The notes under the pieces: model-generated | Database searches by the model: none | What the model was told of the DNA's origin: nothing | Seen by the model: the letters and a program-made list of their open reading frames with translations, nothing else | Assembly (NCBI GenBank): GCA_944385805.1 | Contig: CALWYR010000117.1 | Span: forward strand, 1 to 47,458 | DNA length: 47,458 bases | DNA from: an uncultured Oscillospiraceae bacterium | Lineage (GTDB): Bacteria; Bacillota; Clostridia; Oscillospirales; Oscillospiraceae | Reading direction: 5' to 3' | Position numbers and translations under genes: made by a program | Shown here: one piece after another, positions 18,738-26,856 of the stretch | Layout: every line of letters starts with the position of its first letter | Numbering within the stretch: position 1 is the first letter of the stretch

Positions 18738-20132
18738 GTGGTCTTTTCCAGTACACTCTTCATGTTCATCTATCTGCCGGTGGTGCTGCTGCTGTACTAC
18801 ATCTCCCCGGTCAAGTGGAGGAACCCGATACTGTTCGCAGCCAACATGGTATTCTACGGCTGGGGTGAGCCGGTGTATATCCTGCTGATGCTCGTCAGTA
18901 TCACTATCAACTATATAAACGGAATTCTCATAGGAAAATGGCGCCATGTGGACGACAGGAAGGCAAAAATTGTCCTAATAGTCAACGTGGTGCTCAACCT
19001 GGGCCTGCTCGGCTTCTTCAAGTATTACAACATGCTCGCCGACACGCTCAACGTTCTGCCCTTCGTGGACCTGCCGGATCTCAATGTCACGCTGCCGATC
19101 GGCATATCCTTCTACACCTTCCAGACGATGAGCTATCCCATAGACGTCTACCGCGGCGACGCCGACGTGCAGCGCAACTACATCAGCTTCGGCACCTTCG
19201 TCGCCCTCTTCCCGCAGCTCATCGCCGGCCCCATCGTGCGCTACAAAGACGTGGCGGACCAGCTGGGCTTCCGCGCCAGCAGCGTCGACCAGTTTTCCTC
19301 CGGCGTCGAGCGCTTCATTATAGGCCTGGCCAAGAAGGTGCTGCTGGCGAATACCATCGGCAAGCTCTGGGACGTCTACGCCCTCAGTGTCGGCGAGCTG
19401 ACCTTTGTCGGCTCCTGGCTTGGCGCGCTGGCCTTCGGCGTCCAGATTTACTTCGACTTCGCCGGATACTCCGACATGGCGATAGGCCTGGGCCGGATGA
19501 TAGGCTTTGAGTTCCTGGAGAACTTCAACTATCCCTATATCTCCAAGAGCATCACCGAGTTCTGGCGCCGTTGGCACATGTCCCTCGGCACCTGGTTCCG
19601 TGATTATCTGTACATCCCTCTCGGAGGCAACCGCTGCAGCAAGGCGCGGCAGATTCTTAACATCACCATCGTCTGGGCTGCCACCGGTATTTGGCACGGA
19701 GCCAACTGGACCTTCCTCATTTGGGGCCTCTACTACGCCTTCTGGCTGCTGCTGGAGAAGACCTTCCTGCTCAAGCGCCTGGAGAAGTCCAGGGTGCTCG
19801 GCCATGTCTATACCATAGTTCTCGTCACCCTCGTCTGGCCGCTCTTCAAGCTGGAGGACATCGGCCTCGCCGGGCAGTATACGAGCGCCATGCTCGGCTT
19901 TGGCGCGAAGGGCTTCATTTGCAGCGACGACATCTACTATCTCACAACCTACGCCGCCACCTTCGCCATAGGCATAATCGCCTCCACCCCGCTTGCCGCC
20001 AGGCTCTGGCACAAGCTGCCGAAGGGCTTTGTCCGCGTCGCCGCGCCGGTTCTGATACTGCTGGCGCTCATCATCTCCACCGCCTATCTGGTGGACGCGA
20101 CCTACAACCCCTTCCTGTACTTCAATTTCTAA
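18738..20132 (+). CDS. MBOAT-family membrane O-acyltransferase (AlgI/DltB/PatA-like)
   Basis: 464 aa, polytopic. Motifs FYTFQTMSY, FWRRWHMSLGTWFRDYLYIPLGGNR and WHGANW, including the conserved His. GTG start after AAGGAGGG. Confidence 0.9.
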   Translation: MVFSSTLFMFIYLPVVLLLYYISPVKWRNPILFAANMVFYGWGEPVYILLMLVSITINYINGILIGKWRHVDDRKAKIVLIVNVVLNLGLLGFFKYYNMLADTLNVLPFVDLPDLNVTLPIGISFYTFQTMSYPIDVYRGDADVQRNYISFGTFVALFPQLIAGPIVRYKDVADQLGFRASSVDQFSSGVERFIIGLAKKVLLANTIGKLWDVYALSVGELTFVGSWLGALAFGVQIYFDFAGYSDMAIGLGRMIGFEFLENFNYPYISKSITEFWRRWHMSLGTWFRDYLYIPLGGNRCSKARQILNITIVWAATGIWHGANWTFLIWGLYYAFWLLLEKTFLLKRLEKSRVLGHVYTIVLVTLVWPLFKLEDIGLAGQYTSAMLGFGAKGFICSDDIYYLTTYAATFAIGIIASTPLAARLWHKLPKGFVRVAAPVLILLALIISTAYLVDATYNPFLYFNF

Positions 20133-20144
20133 GGAGGACTGCGC

Positions 20145-21266
20145 ATGAGCAAAAAAGCAATGTGGGCGGAAGTCCTCATATTCCTGGCCTTTATCTTCGG
20201 CTTTTTCATCGCGAACATCATCGTGCCCGACCGCGCGATGTCCGAGCAGGAGAACACCACGCTTCAGCAGCTGCCCAAATTCAGCTTTGAGCGGCTTTTC
20301 AACAAGACCTTTACGAAGCAGTTCGAGGACTATAGCTCCGACCAGTTTGTGCTGCGCGACCAGTGGATAACGCTCAAGGCGGCGGCTGAACTCGCGCTGG
20401 GCAAGGAGGAGAACAACGACGTCTCCTACGGAGCGGATCAGACGCTGATAGAGGGCTTCGACGCGCCGGACAACAGCGCGCTGGATACGAATATGGGCTA
20501 CTTGAACCAGCTCGTGCAGAACACGGACGCCGAGGTCTACTTCGCGCTCATCCCCGAAAAGAGCGAGATCTGGTCCGAACGGCTGCCCGCGCGCACGCCC
20601 AACGACAGCGAAGCGGAGTTTATAGAGTACTGCTACGGTCTCTCTCAGGCCAATAACGTTGACATTCTCAGCGTCATGAGGGAGCACGCCGACGAGTACG
20701 TCTATTACCGCACCGACCACCACTGGACGAGCCTTGGGGCCTACTACGGTTACAGCGCGCTCGGAAAGGCGATGGACTTCACGGTCCCCGCACTGGAGAG
20801 CTATGGTGATCGCCGCGTCGTCTCTGACAGCTTTTACGGCACGACCTGGTCCAAGAGCGGCTTCTCCTGGGTAGAGCCCGACAGCATGGAGATCTTCGTC
20901 GACGCCCCGGATGGCCTTGAGATAACCAGCTACCCCGAGGGCTCGCCCGTTGAGGGCAGGCTCTACGACGAGAGCAAGCTCGCCGTCAAGGACAAGTACT
21001 CCATGTTCATGGGCGGAAACTGCCCGCTGCACGAGATAGTCACCGGCAGCGACGGCCCCTCCCTACTGATTATCCGCGACTCCTACACCGACAGCCTCAT
21101 CCCCTTCCTGCTCGATGATTTCAGCGAGATACACGTCATCGACCTGCGCTACTACCGCGTGAGCTTAGCCGACTACATCGCCGAGCACGGCTTCGACAAA
21201 GTCCTGGTGGCATACAGCGTCTCCACCTTTGCGACAGACGTCAACCTGCTCCTTCTTGGCAGGTAA
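20145..21266 (+). CDS. DHHW-family protein (AlgJ/AlgX/PatB-like, SGNH-type partner of the MBOAT)
   Basis: N-terminal TM segment. YYRTDHHWTSLGAYYGY carries the eponymous DHHW motif. 373 aa. Confidence 0.8.
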   Translation: MSKKAMWAEVLIFLAFIFGFFIANIIVPDRAMSEQENTTLQQLPKFSFERLFNKTFTKQFEDYSSDQFVLRDQWITLKAAAELALGKEENNDVSYGADQTLIEGFDAPDNSALDTNMGYLNQLVQNTDAEVYFALIPEKSEIWSERLPARTPNDSEAEFIEYCYGLSQANNVDILSVMREHADEYVYYRTDHHWTSLGAYYGYSALGKAMDFTVPALESYGDRRVVSDSFYGTTWSKSGFSWVEPDSMEIFVDAPDGLEITSYPEGSPVEGRLYDESKLAVKDKYSMFMGGNCPLHEIVTGSDGPSLLIIRDSYTDSLIPFLLDDFSEIHVIDLRYYRVSLADYIAEHGFDKVLVAYSVSTFATDVNLLLLGR

Positions 21267-21272
21267 ACGAGC

Positions 21273-21313
21273 AAAAAATAACTGCCCGTCCTCGGACGGG
21301 CAGTTATTTTTTT
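21273..21313. terminator. Bidirectional rho-independent terminator
   Basis: aaaaaataactgcccgtcc-tcg-gacgggcagttattttttt. Confidence 0.8.
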
Positions 21314-21323
21314 AAGATTTGCT

Positions 21324-23282
21324 TTAAGATTTACTCTTAGCGCCGTAGAGCTCACCGCTGAAGGCGAGGATGGAGACCAGCGCCGCAGCGACTGCGGCAA
21401 TGGCGTCGATGAATACGGTGAACCAGAGGGTGCTGATACCGAAGGCGGCCAGCACGAGCAGGATAAGCTTTACAAGCGCCGCCCCGCCGGCTGTGATGAA
21501 AGCCAGCATGCGCGCGTAGCGGGCGATGCCGATTGCCTCGGCCAGCTTGGTGAGCTTGCCGCCGATAACGGTCACGTCACAGCTGTTGGGCATCGCCAGC
21601 GCCTCGGCGCCGGAGACCGCGACGTCCACGTCCGCGGCGGTGTGGGAAGTGCCGCCGAAGTCCTCGGGGCTGCCCACGAAGACCAGGCTGCGGTCGGGCG
21701 CGAGGCTCTGCTTGAGCGAGCTCAGCGAGCTCTTGAGCTTGTCGCGCGAGCACTCTGAGTAATATTCCGTGATACCCAGGGCGCTGGCGAGCTTCGCCGC
21801 GCGGTCGCGCGGGCCGGAGCTGAACATGACTACTCCCTCGACCCCGGCATGGCGCAAGTCCTCAACCGCCTGGGCGGCCTCGGGCCGAACGCTGTCGCTG
21901 AGGATGATGCAGCCCGCGTACTCGTCGGTGATGGCGACGTAGAGCACTTCCTCGCCCTCATCTATGTAGAGGTCCTCGTCGGGTATCTCCACGCGGCCGA
22001 TGCCCATCAGGGCGCGGTTGCCGACACGGATGGGTATCCCGTCCACGCGCACCTCCACGCCGTAGCCCGGAGCCTCGGAGAAGTTCTCGATGAGGTCAAT
22101 GTATATCTGGCCGCCGTAGGCGTCTATTACGGAGCGGGACTGCGCCGTGTTGGAGTAGGACAGGGCGTGGGCGGCTATCTTCAGCAGCACGTCCTTGCCC
22201 ATGCGCCCGGCTCGCACCTCTACCACACGCGGGCTGCCTACGGTAAGGGTGCCGGCCTGGTTGAAGGCCACGCTGCCGGCGCTGGCCATGCCGTCCATGG
22301 CGCCGCAGCTCTCGAAGAGTATACCGGCCCTGGCGGCGCCGCAGCCGGCGCAGAGCCTGATTACCGGGACGGCCGCGAACATGGATACCGGCGAGGCCAC
22401 GACGAGGAACATGGTGGCGCGGCGAATGCTCTCAGTGAGCGTGAGGCTGGTAAAGACAGGCAGCAGAGCGGCCAGGAGCACGGCCAGCACGGTCACGGCG
22501 GCGGGGAAATACTTGCGCACAGCTATCAGGGATTCGGGCAGCGCCTCTCCCCTGCCGGGCGCGTTCTCCACCGTGTCGTAGATGCGTGAGGCGGCGGAAT
22601 CGCTCTGTGCGGCAGTGACCTCGCAGCGGAGCTCGCCGCTGAGGTTGATGCTGCCGGAGAGCAGCTCGTCCCCCTCCTTGACGCCGAGCACGCCGGACTC
22701 GTCGCCGAGCGGGGCCTTATCTACGCGCGATTGGCCGTCGGTGATGATGCAGTCGCAGGGCACGATCTCTCCGGCGCGGATAACTATCTGATCGCCGGGC
22801 TGCAGGGAGCTCGCCCGGACGGTCTCCTCCTTGCCGTCGTCGTAGAGGTTGGCGTGCGTGGTGTCGCAGTAAATCGTGTCGAGCACCGTGCGGCGCGTGC
22901 GCTCCACGGCGTAATCGATGAACACGCCGCTTATCTGATAGAGCAGCACCAGCGCGCAGCCCTCTATGGCAGCTCCAAAGGCGAAGCCAAGTACCGCGGC
23001 GAGGGTGATGAGCAGGCCGCGGTTGAGATAATCGCCGCGCATAATGTCGAGCACGGCTCCGGCGACAATGTCACAGCCGGCGAGCAGGGCGCAGAGCGCG
23101 AGTATAACCGTGACCCATACCTCCGGTATGGAGCCGACCAGCAGGGCTACGGCAAACGCCACGCAGGCGACGACAATACGGGCGACAAAGACGATGAGGG
23201 AATTCATGTCGCCTGCCGCCAGGCGTCCGCCGACGGCGGTACTGCCTCCGGTGAGCTTTTCGAGTATTTCAGTAAAATTCAT
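21324..23282 (-). CDS. P1B-type (heavy-metal) ATPase homologue with degenerate catalytic motifs
   Basis: About 652 aa from ATG 23282 (RBS AGGAGGGG). Collinear with CopA/CadA-type pumps. DKTGT is replaced by NQAGT (22248-22262). The TM6 CPC is replaced by ASPV. MLTGD is replaced by MFSSGP. GDGINDAPAL is replaced by GSPEDFGGTS. Confidence 0.8.
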   Translation of the reverse strand: MNFTEILEKLTGGSTAVGGRLAAGDMNSLIVFVARIVVACVAFAVALLVGSIPEVWVTVILALCALLAGCDIVAGAVLDIMRGDYLNRGLLITLAAVLGFAFGAAIEGCALVLLYQISGVFIDYAVERTRRTVLDTIYCDTTHANLYDDGKEETVRASSLQPGDQIVIRAGEIVPCDCIITDGQSRVDKAPLGDESGVLGVKEGDELLSGSINLSGELRCEVTAAQSDSAASRIYDTVENAPGRGEALPESLIAVRKYFPAAVTVLAVLLAALLPVFTSLTLTESIRRATMFLVVASPVSMFAAVPVIRLCAGCGAARAGILFESCGAMDGMASAGSVAFNQAGTLTVGSPRVVEVRAGRMGKDVLLKIAAHALSYSNTAQSRSVIDAYGGQIYIDLIENFSEAPGYGVEVRVDGIPIRVGNRALMGIGRVEIPDEDLYIDEGEEVLYVAITDEYAGCIILSDSVRPEAAQAVEDLRHAGVEGVVMFSSGPRDRAAKLASALGITEYYSECSRDKLKSSLSSLKQSLAPDRSLVFVGSPEDFGGTSHTAADVDVAVSGAEALAMPNSCDVTVIGGKLTKLAEAIGIARYARMLAFITAGGAALVKLILLVLAAFGISTLWFTVFIDAIAAVAAALVSILAFSGELYGAKSKS

Positions 23283-23390
23283 AGCACCCCTCCTAATCTG
23301 GCGCGGGTGTGCGCGGCGCATTTCTCGTTTGATGTGGCCGGCCCGTCCGGAGCAGAAGCGGCGCCGGGCGGGTCGATATAATGGGATAAA

Positions 23391-24329
23391 TCAGTCGGCC
23401 TGGCCGTCGCAGCCGAGGACGTCGACGATCTTGTGGGCGACCATCTGCTTGATGGCCTCGCGGGCAGGCTTGAGGTACTGCCTGGGATCGAAGTCGGCCG
23501 GGTGCTCGGCGAAGTACTTGCGGATGGTGGCGGTCATAGCAAGGCGCAGGTCGGAGTCGATATTGATTTTGCAGACAGCGCTCTTGGCGGCCTGGCGCAG
23601 CTGGTCCTCGGGCACGCCGATGGCGCCGGGCATGCTGCCGCCGTACTTGTTAATCTCGTCGACGAACTGCTGGGGCACGCTGGAGGAGCCGTGCAGGACT
23701 ATGGGGAAGCCGGGCAGGTTCTTCTCAACGGCCTCGAGCACGTCAAAGCGCAGCTGGGGCTTGGTGCCGGGCTTGAACTTGTAGGCGCCGTGGCTGGTGC
23801 CGATGGCGATGGCGAGAGAGTCGCAGCCGGTGCGCTCAACGAGCTCCTGCACCTCCTCGGGGCGGGTGTAGCTGGCGTCGCCGTGGGCGACTTTTACCTC
23901 ATCCTCGATGCCGGCGAGGGTGCCGAGCTCGGCCTCGACCACGACGCCGTGGTCATGCGCGTACTCAACGACCTGCCTGGTGATGGCGACGTTCTCCTCA
24001 AAGGGCTTGCTGCTGGCGTCGATCATGACGGAGGTGAAGCCGCCGTCGATGCAGCTCTTGCACAGCTCGAAGCTGTCGCCGTGGTCAAGGTGCAGCGCGA
24101 TGGGCAGGCCAGTCTCAATGACGGCGGCCTCGACGAGCTTCATGAGGTAGGTGTGGCTCGCGTAGGCGCGTGCGCCCTTGGAGACCTGGAGGATCAGGGG
24201 GGCGCGCAGCTCGTTGGCGGCGGCAGTGATACCCTGGACAATCTCCATGTTGTTGACGTTGAACGCGCCGATGGCGTATCCGCCGTCATAGGCCTTCTTG
24301 AACATTTCCTTTGTTGTTACGAGTGCCAT
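23391..24329 (-). CDS. fba: Class II fructose-1,6-bisphosphate aldolase
   Basis: 312 aa. GGYAIGAFNVNNME, LHLDHG, AELG and HGSSSVP motifs. Confidence 0.95.
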   Translation of the reverse strand: MALVTTKEMFKKAYDGGYAIGAFNVNNMEIVQGITAAANELRAPLILQVSKGARAYASHTYLMKLVEAAVIETGLPIALHLDHGDSFELCKSCIDGGFTSVMIDASSKPFEENVAITRQVVEYAHDHGVVVEAELGTLAGIEDEVKVAHGDASYTRPEEVQELVERTGCDSLAIAIGTSHGAYKFKPGTKPQLRFDVLEAVEKNLPGFPIVLHGSSSVPQQFVDEINKYGGSMPGAIGVPEDQLRQAAKSAVCKINIDSDLRLAMTATIRKYFAEHPADFDPRQYLKPAREAIKQMVAHKIVDVLGCDGQAD

Positions 24330-24392
24330 AAAAACTATCTCCTTTGTGCGCGGAAAATTTATGCTATTGCTCCTTTATTATATCTCAAACTT

Positions 24393-24411
24393 GTGTTATA
24401 ATCAATAACAC
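24393..24411 (+). promoter_or_regulatory. Extended -10 promoter overlapped by a 7-5-7 inverted repeat (candidate operator) upstream of the phosphofructokinase gene
   Basis: GTGTTAT-aatca-ATAACAC. TGtTATAAT has its -10 at 24397-24402. Confidence 0.35.
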
Positions 24412-24447
24412 ATTCGCACAACACTTCATTTTTTGGAGGCTTCAATC

Positions 24448-25689
24448 ATGGAAAAAGCACTCAAGGGCGCCTGCATAATCGGTCAATCCGGCGGCCCCAC
24501 CTCTGTAATCAACTCCAGCGCCTACGGCGTCATCCGCACAGCCCTCGACAATGAGAACATCACCCGCGTCCTCGGCGCGGCCCACGGCATCAAGGGCGTG
24601 CTCGACGACGTGCTCTACGACATGGGCGAGGAGGACGCTAAAGAGCTCGAGCTGCTTATGAACACCCCGTCCAGCGAGCTCGGCTCCTGCCGCTACAAGA
24701 TGGCTGACCCCGACGCAGACGACACCGACTACAAGCGCATCCTTGAGATTTTCAAGAAGTACAACGTGCGCTACTTTTTCTATAACGGCGGCAACGACTC
24801 TATGGACACCTGCGCCAAGATTAGCCGCTACATGGCCAGGTCCGGCTGGGAGTGCCGCGTCATGGGCGTACCCAAGACCATCGACAACGACCTCAACGCC
24901 ACCGACCACTGCCCCGGATTTGCCAGCGCGGCCAAGTATATCGCCACCAGCTGCGCCGAGATATACAAGGACGCCCGCGTCTACGATGTCGGCATGGTCT
25001 GCATCGTCGAGATAATGGGCCGTCACGCCGGCTGGCTGACCGCCGCCTCCGCCCTTGCTGGCGTCGTGGGCTGCGGGCCCGACCTCATCTATCTGCCTGA
25101 GACCAATTTTGACATGGAGCGCTTCGTCGCCGACGTCGAGCGCGTCTACAAAGAGCGCGGCAACTGCCTCGTCGCCGTCAGCGAGGGCGTACACTACGCC
25201 GACGGCAGCTTCGTCTCCGAGGCCAAGACCAGCGCGACCGACGGCTTCGGCCACGCCCAGCTCGGCGGCCTCGCCAGCCTGCTCGCCAACGTCGTCAAGC
25301 AGCGCCTCGGCGTAAAGGTGCGCGGAATAGAGCTCAGCCTGCTGCAGCGCTGCGCCGCCCACGCCGCCTCCGCCGTTGACGTCAGGGAGGCCTTCATGGC
25401 CGGCAAGGTCGCAGTTGAGAGCGCTGTGGCGGGCGAGACCGGCAAGATGGTCGGCTTCAAGTGCACACGCGAAAACGGCGAATACAGGTGCGAGTATGAG
25501 CTCGTCCCTCTCGACAGCGTCGCCAACTTTGAGAAGAAGGTCCCCGCCGAATGGATCACGCCCGACGGCACCGGCGTCACCCGGGAGCTCATTGACTACG
25601 CCCTGCCCCTCATCCAGGGCAGCATTGAACGCCCCACCGAGCACGGCATGCCGCGCTACGCCAGGCTCAAAAAGGTACAGGCGAAATAA
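24448..25689 (+). CDS. 6-phosphofructokinase, PfkA family (long ~413-aa clostridial type; ATP versus PPi donor not decidable by eye)
   Basis: GQSGGPTSVINSS, FFYNGGNDSMDT, PKTIDNDL and IMGRHAGWL motifs. ATG 24448 lies 8 nt after GGAGG. Confidence 0.88.
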   Translation: MEKALKGACIIGQSGGPTSVINSSAYGVIRTALDNENITRVLGAAHGIKGVLDDVLYDMGEEDAKELELLMNTPSSELGSCRYKMADPDADDTDYKRILEIFKKYNVRYFFYNGGNDSMDTCAKISRYMARSGWECRVMGVPKTIDNDLNATDHCPGFASAAKYIATSCAEIYKDARVYDVGMVCIVEIMGRHAGWLTAASALAGVVGCGPDLIYLPETNFDMERFVADVERVYKERGNCLVAVSEGVHYADGSFVSEAKTSATDGFGHAQLGGLASLLANVVKQRLGVKVRGIELSLLQRCAAHAASAVDVREAFMAGKVAVESAVAGETGKMVGFKCTRENGEYRCEYELVPLDSVANFEKKVPAEWITPDGTGVTRELIDYALPLIQGSIERPTEHGMPRYARLKKVQAK

Positions 25690-25744
25690 AAGCGCAAATC
25701 CCCGTCCATCTGAACTGGTCCGGTAAAAATGGACAGCGGCAAAA

Positions 25745-25783
25745 GGCCCCCTGATGCAGTACAACAGACTGCATCAGGGGGCC
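25745..25783. terminator. Bidirectional terminator with a 16-bp perfect stem; the U-run is better on the minus strand
   Basis: ggccccctgatgcagt-acaacag-actgcatcagggggcc. The plus strand follows with TTgcc. The minus strand follows with TTTT. Confidence 0.75.
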
Positions 25784-26084
25784 TTGCCATGAAGAAAGGT
25801 AATTTCAAGCACAATCCGCAGCCGTTATGCGCCGCTTCTTTGAGTTATCCCGCAGCTTTCTGAAATCCGGCTCCGCAAGCGTATGCTAATAGAGATTCCG
25901 TGCGAACATGACCAGCAGCAAGTGTATAACCGGAATCTCTTGCATCCACGCAAAGCCTGCCGCGTTCCTGAAAGCAGCCAAAGGCTGGAGAGGCGACGCT
26001 GGCGCGTAGCCTCTCCGCTAAAACTCAATATCTCCTGCATAGGCCCCTTATTGTGCTGTACGCAAAATGAGGCGCAGTCCGCTT

Positions 26085-26846
26085 TTATAAGTCTCCCAGG
26101 AGGTCATCCATATTGTAGAGGCCCGGGCTCTTCACCCCGGCTATATATCTGGCGGCGGCAATGGCGCCGGAGGCAAAGACGTCGCGGCTTAGGGCCGAGT
26201 GCTTTATAGTGAACACCTCGTCGGGGCCGGCGAACATGACCTCGTGCTCGCCGACGATGGTTCCGCCGCGCATGGAGGATATGCCTATCTCCTCGCGGCG
26301 CCGCCTCTGCCTCACGCTGTGGCGCTCAAAGATGTACTCGCTCCCGTGCGGCAGCCCCGCGGCCACGGCGTCGGCCAGCATCAGGGCGGTGCCGCTGGGC
26401 GCGTCTACCTTGCGGTTGTGGTGCCGCTCGAGTATCTCTACATCGAAGCTATCTCCCAGCACGGCGGCCGCCTTCTTCACCAGACGCATCATGAGGTTGA
26501 CGCCGAGCGACATGTTGCCGCTTTTGAAGATGGGGATTTTCTCCGCCGCGGCGGCAATCTCCGCGTCCTGCTCCGCTGAGTAGCCGGTAGTACAGAGCAC
26601 GCAGGGCATGGCCCGCGCAACACAGAACTCGAGCAGCGCCGTCAGGTTGGCCGGGTTGGAGAAGTCAATGAGCACGTCGGCCTGGCCGCAGCAGTCCATC
26701 GGCCGCGAGAAGACGGGAAAGCCGTTTTTGACCGCCGGCGTGCGGTTGAAGCCCGCCGGAATCTCGACGTCATCCATACAGGAGCAGAGGCTGACGACAC
26801 TCTGCCCCATGTGGCCGTTGCAGCCGGAGACGATTATCTTCAGCAT
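26085..26846 (-). CDS. dapB: 4-hydroxy-tetrahydrodipicolinate reductase
   Basis: 253 aa. VSGCNGHMGQ NAD(P) loop and ERHHNRKVDAPSGTA signature. Confidence 0.9.
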   Translation of the reverse strand: MLKIIVSGCNGHMGQSVVSLCSCMDDVEIPAGFNRTPAVKNGFPVFSRPMDCCGQADVLIDFSNPANLTALLEFCVARAMPCVLCTTGYSAEQDAEIAAAAEKIPIFKSGNMSLGVNLMMRLVKKAAAVLGDSFDVEILERHHNRKVDAPSGTALMLADAVAAGLPHGSEYIFERHSVRQRRRREEIGISSMRGGTIVGEHEVMFAGPDEVFTIKHSALSRDVFASGAIAAARYIAGVKSPGLYNMDDLLGDL

Positions 26847-26856
26847 GGCAGATACC

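Noticed and set aside
18975-21032. A 685-aa ORF on the minus strand, opposite the MBOAT and DHHW genes. Similar long antisense ORFs occur at 494..1534, 8150..9034, 13798..14565, 23433..24401, 24442..25764, 27704..29071, 39455..40507, 42074..43042, 43822..45138 and 45745..46812.
   Set aside because: Their translations are Ala/Arg/Gly/Val-rich, low-complexity and carry no recognisable motifs. Each is the mirror frame of a gene with clear family signatures. Long shadow ORFs of this kind are expected in high-GC DNA.
25967-25985. cctGAAAGCAGCCAAAGGc resembles the SRP RNA helix-8 sequence GGAAGCAGCCAAGG.
   Set aside because: The surrounding sequence does not form the GNAR-tetraloop helix 8 with its symmetric and asymmetric loops, and the apical loop of the local hairpin is 30 nt. 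I treat the match as chance. It should still be tested with the Rfam SRP models.
25825-26040. A 71-aa minus-strand ORF, a 108-aa plus-strand ORF (25883..26209) and a 24-codon plus-strand ORF (25789..25863) in the pfk/dapB gap.
   Set aside because: They are Arg/Ser/Cys-rich, lack a proper RBS, and overlap the strong hairpin. The plus-strand ORF runs antisense into dapB. The region is better treated as non-coding.
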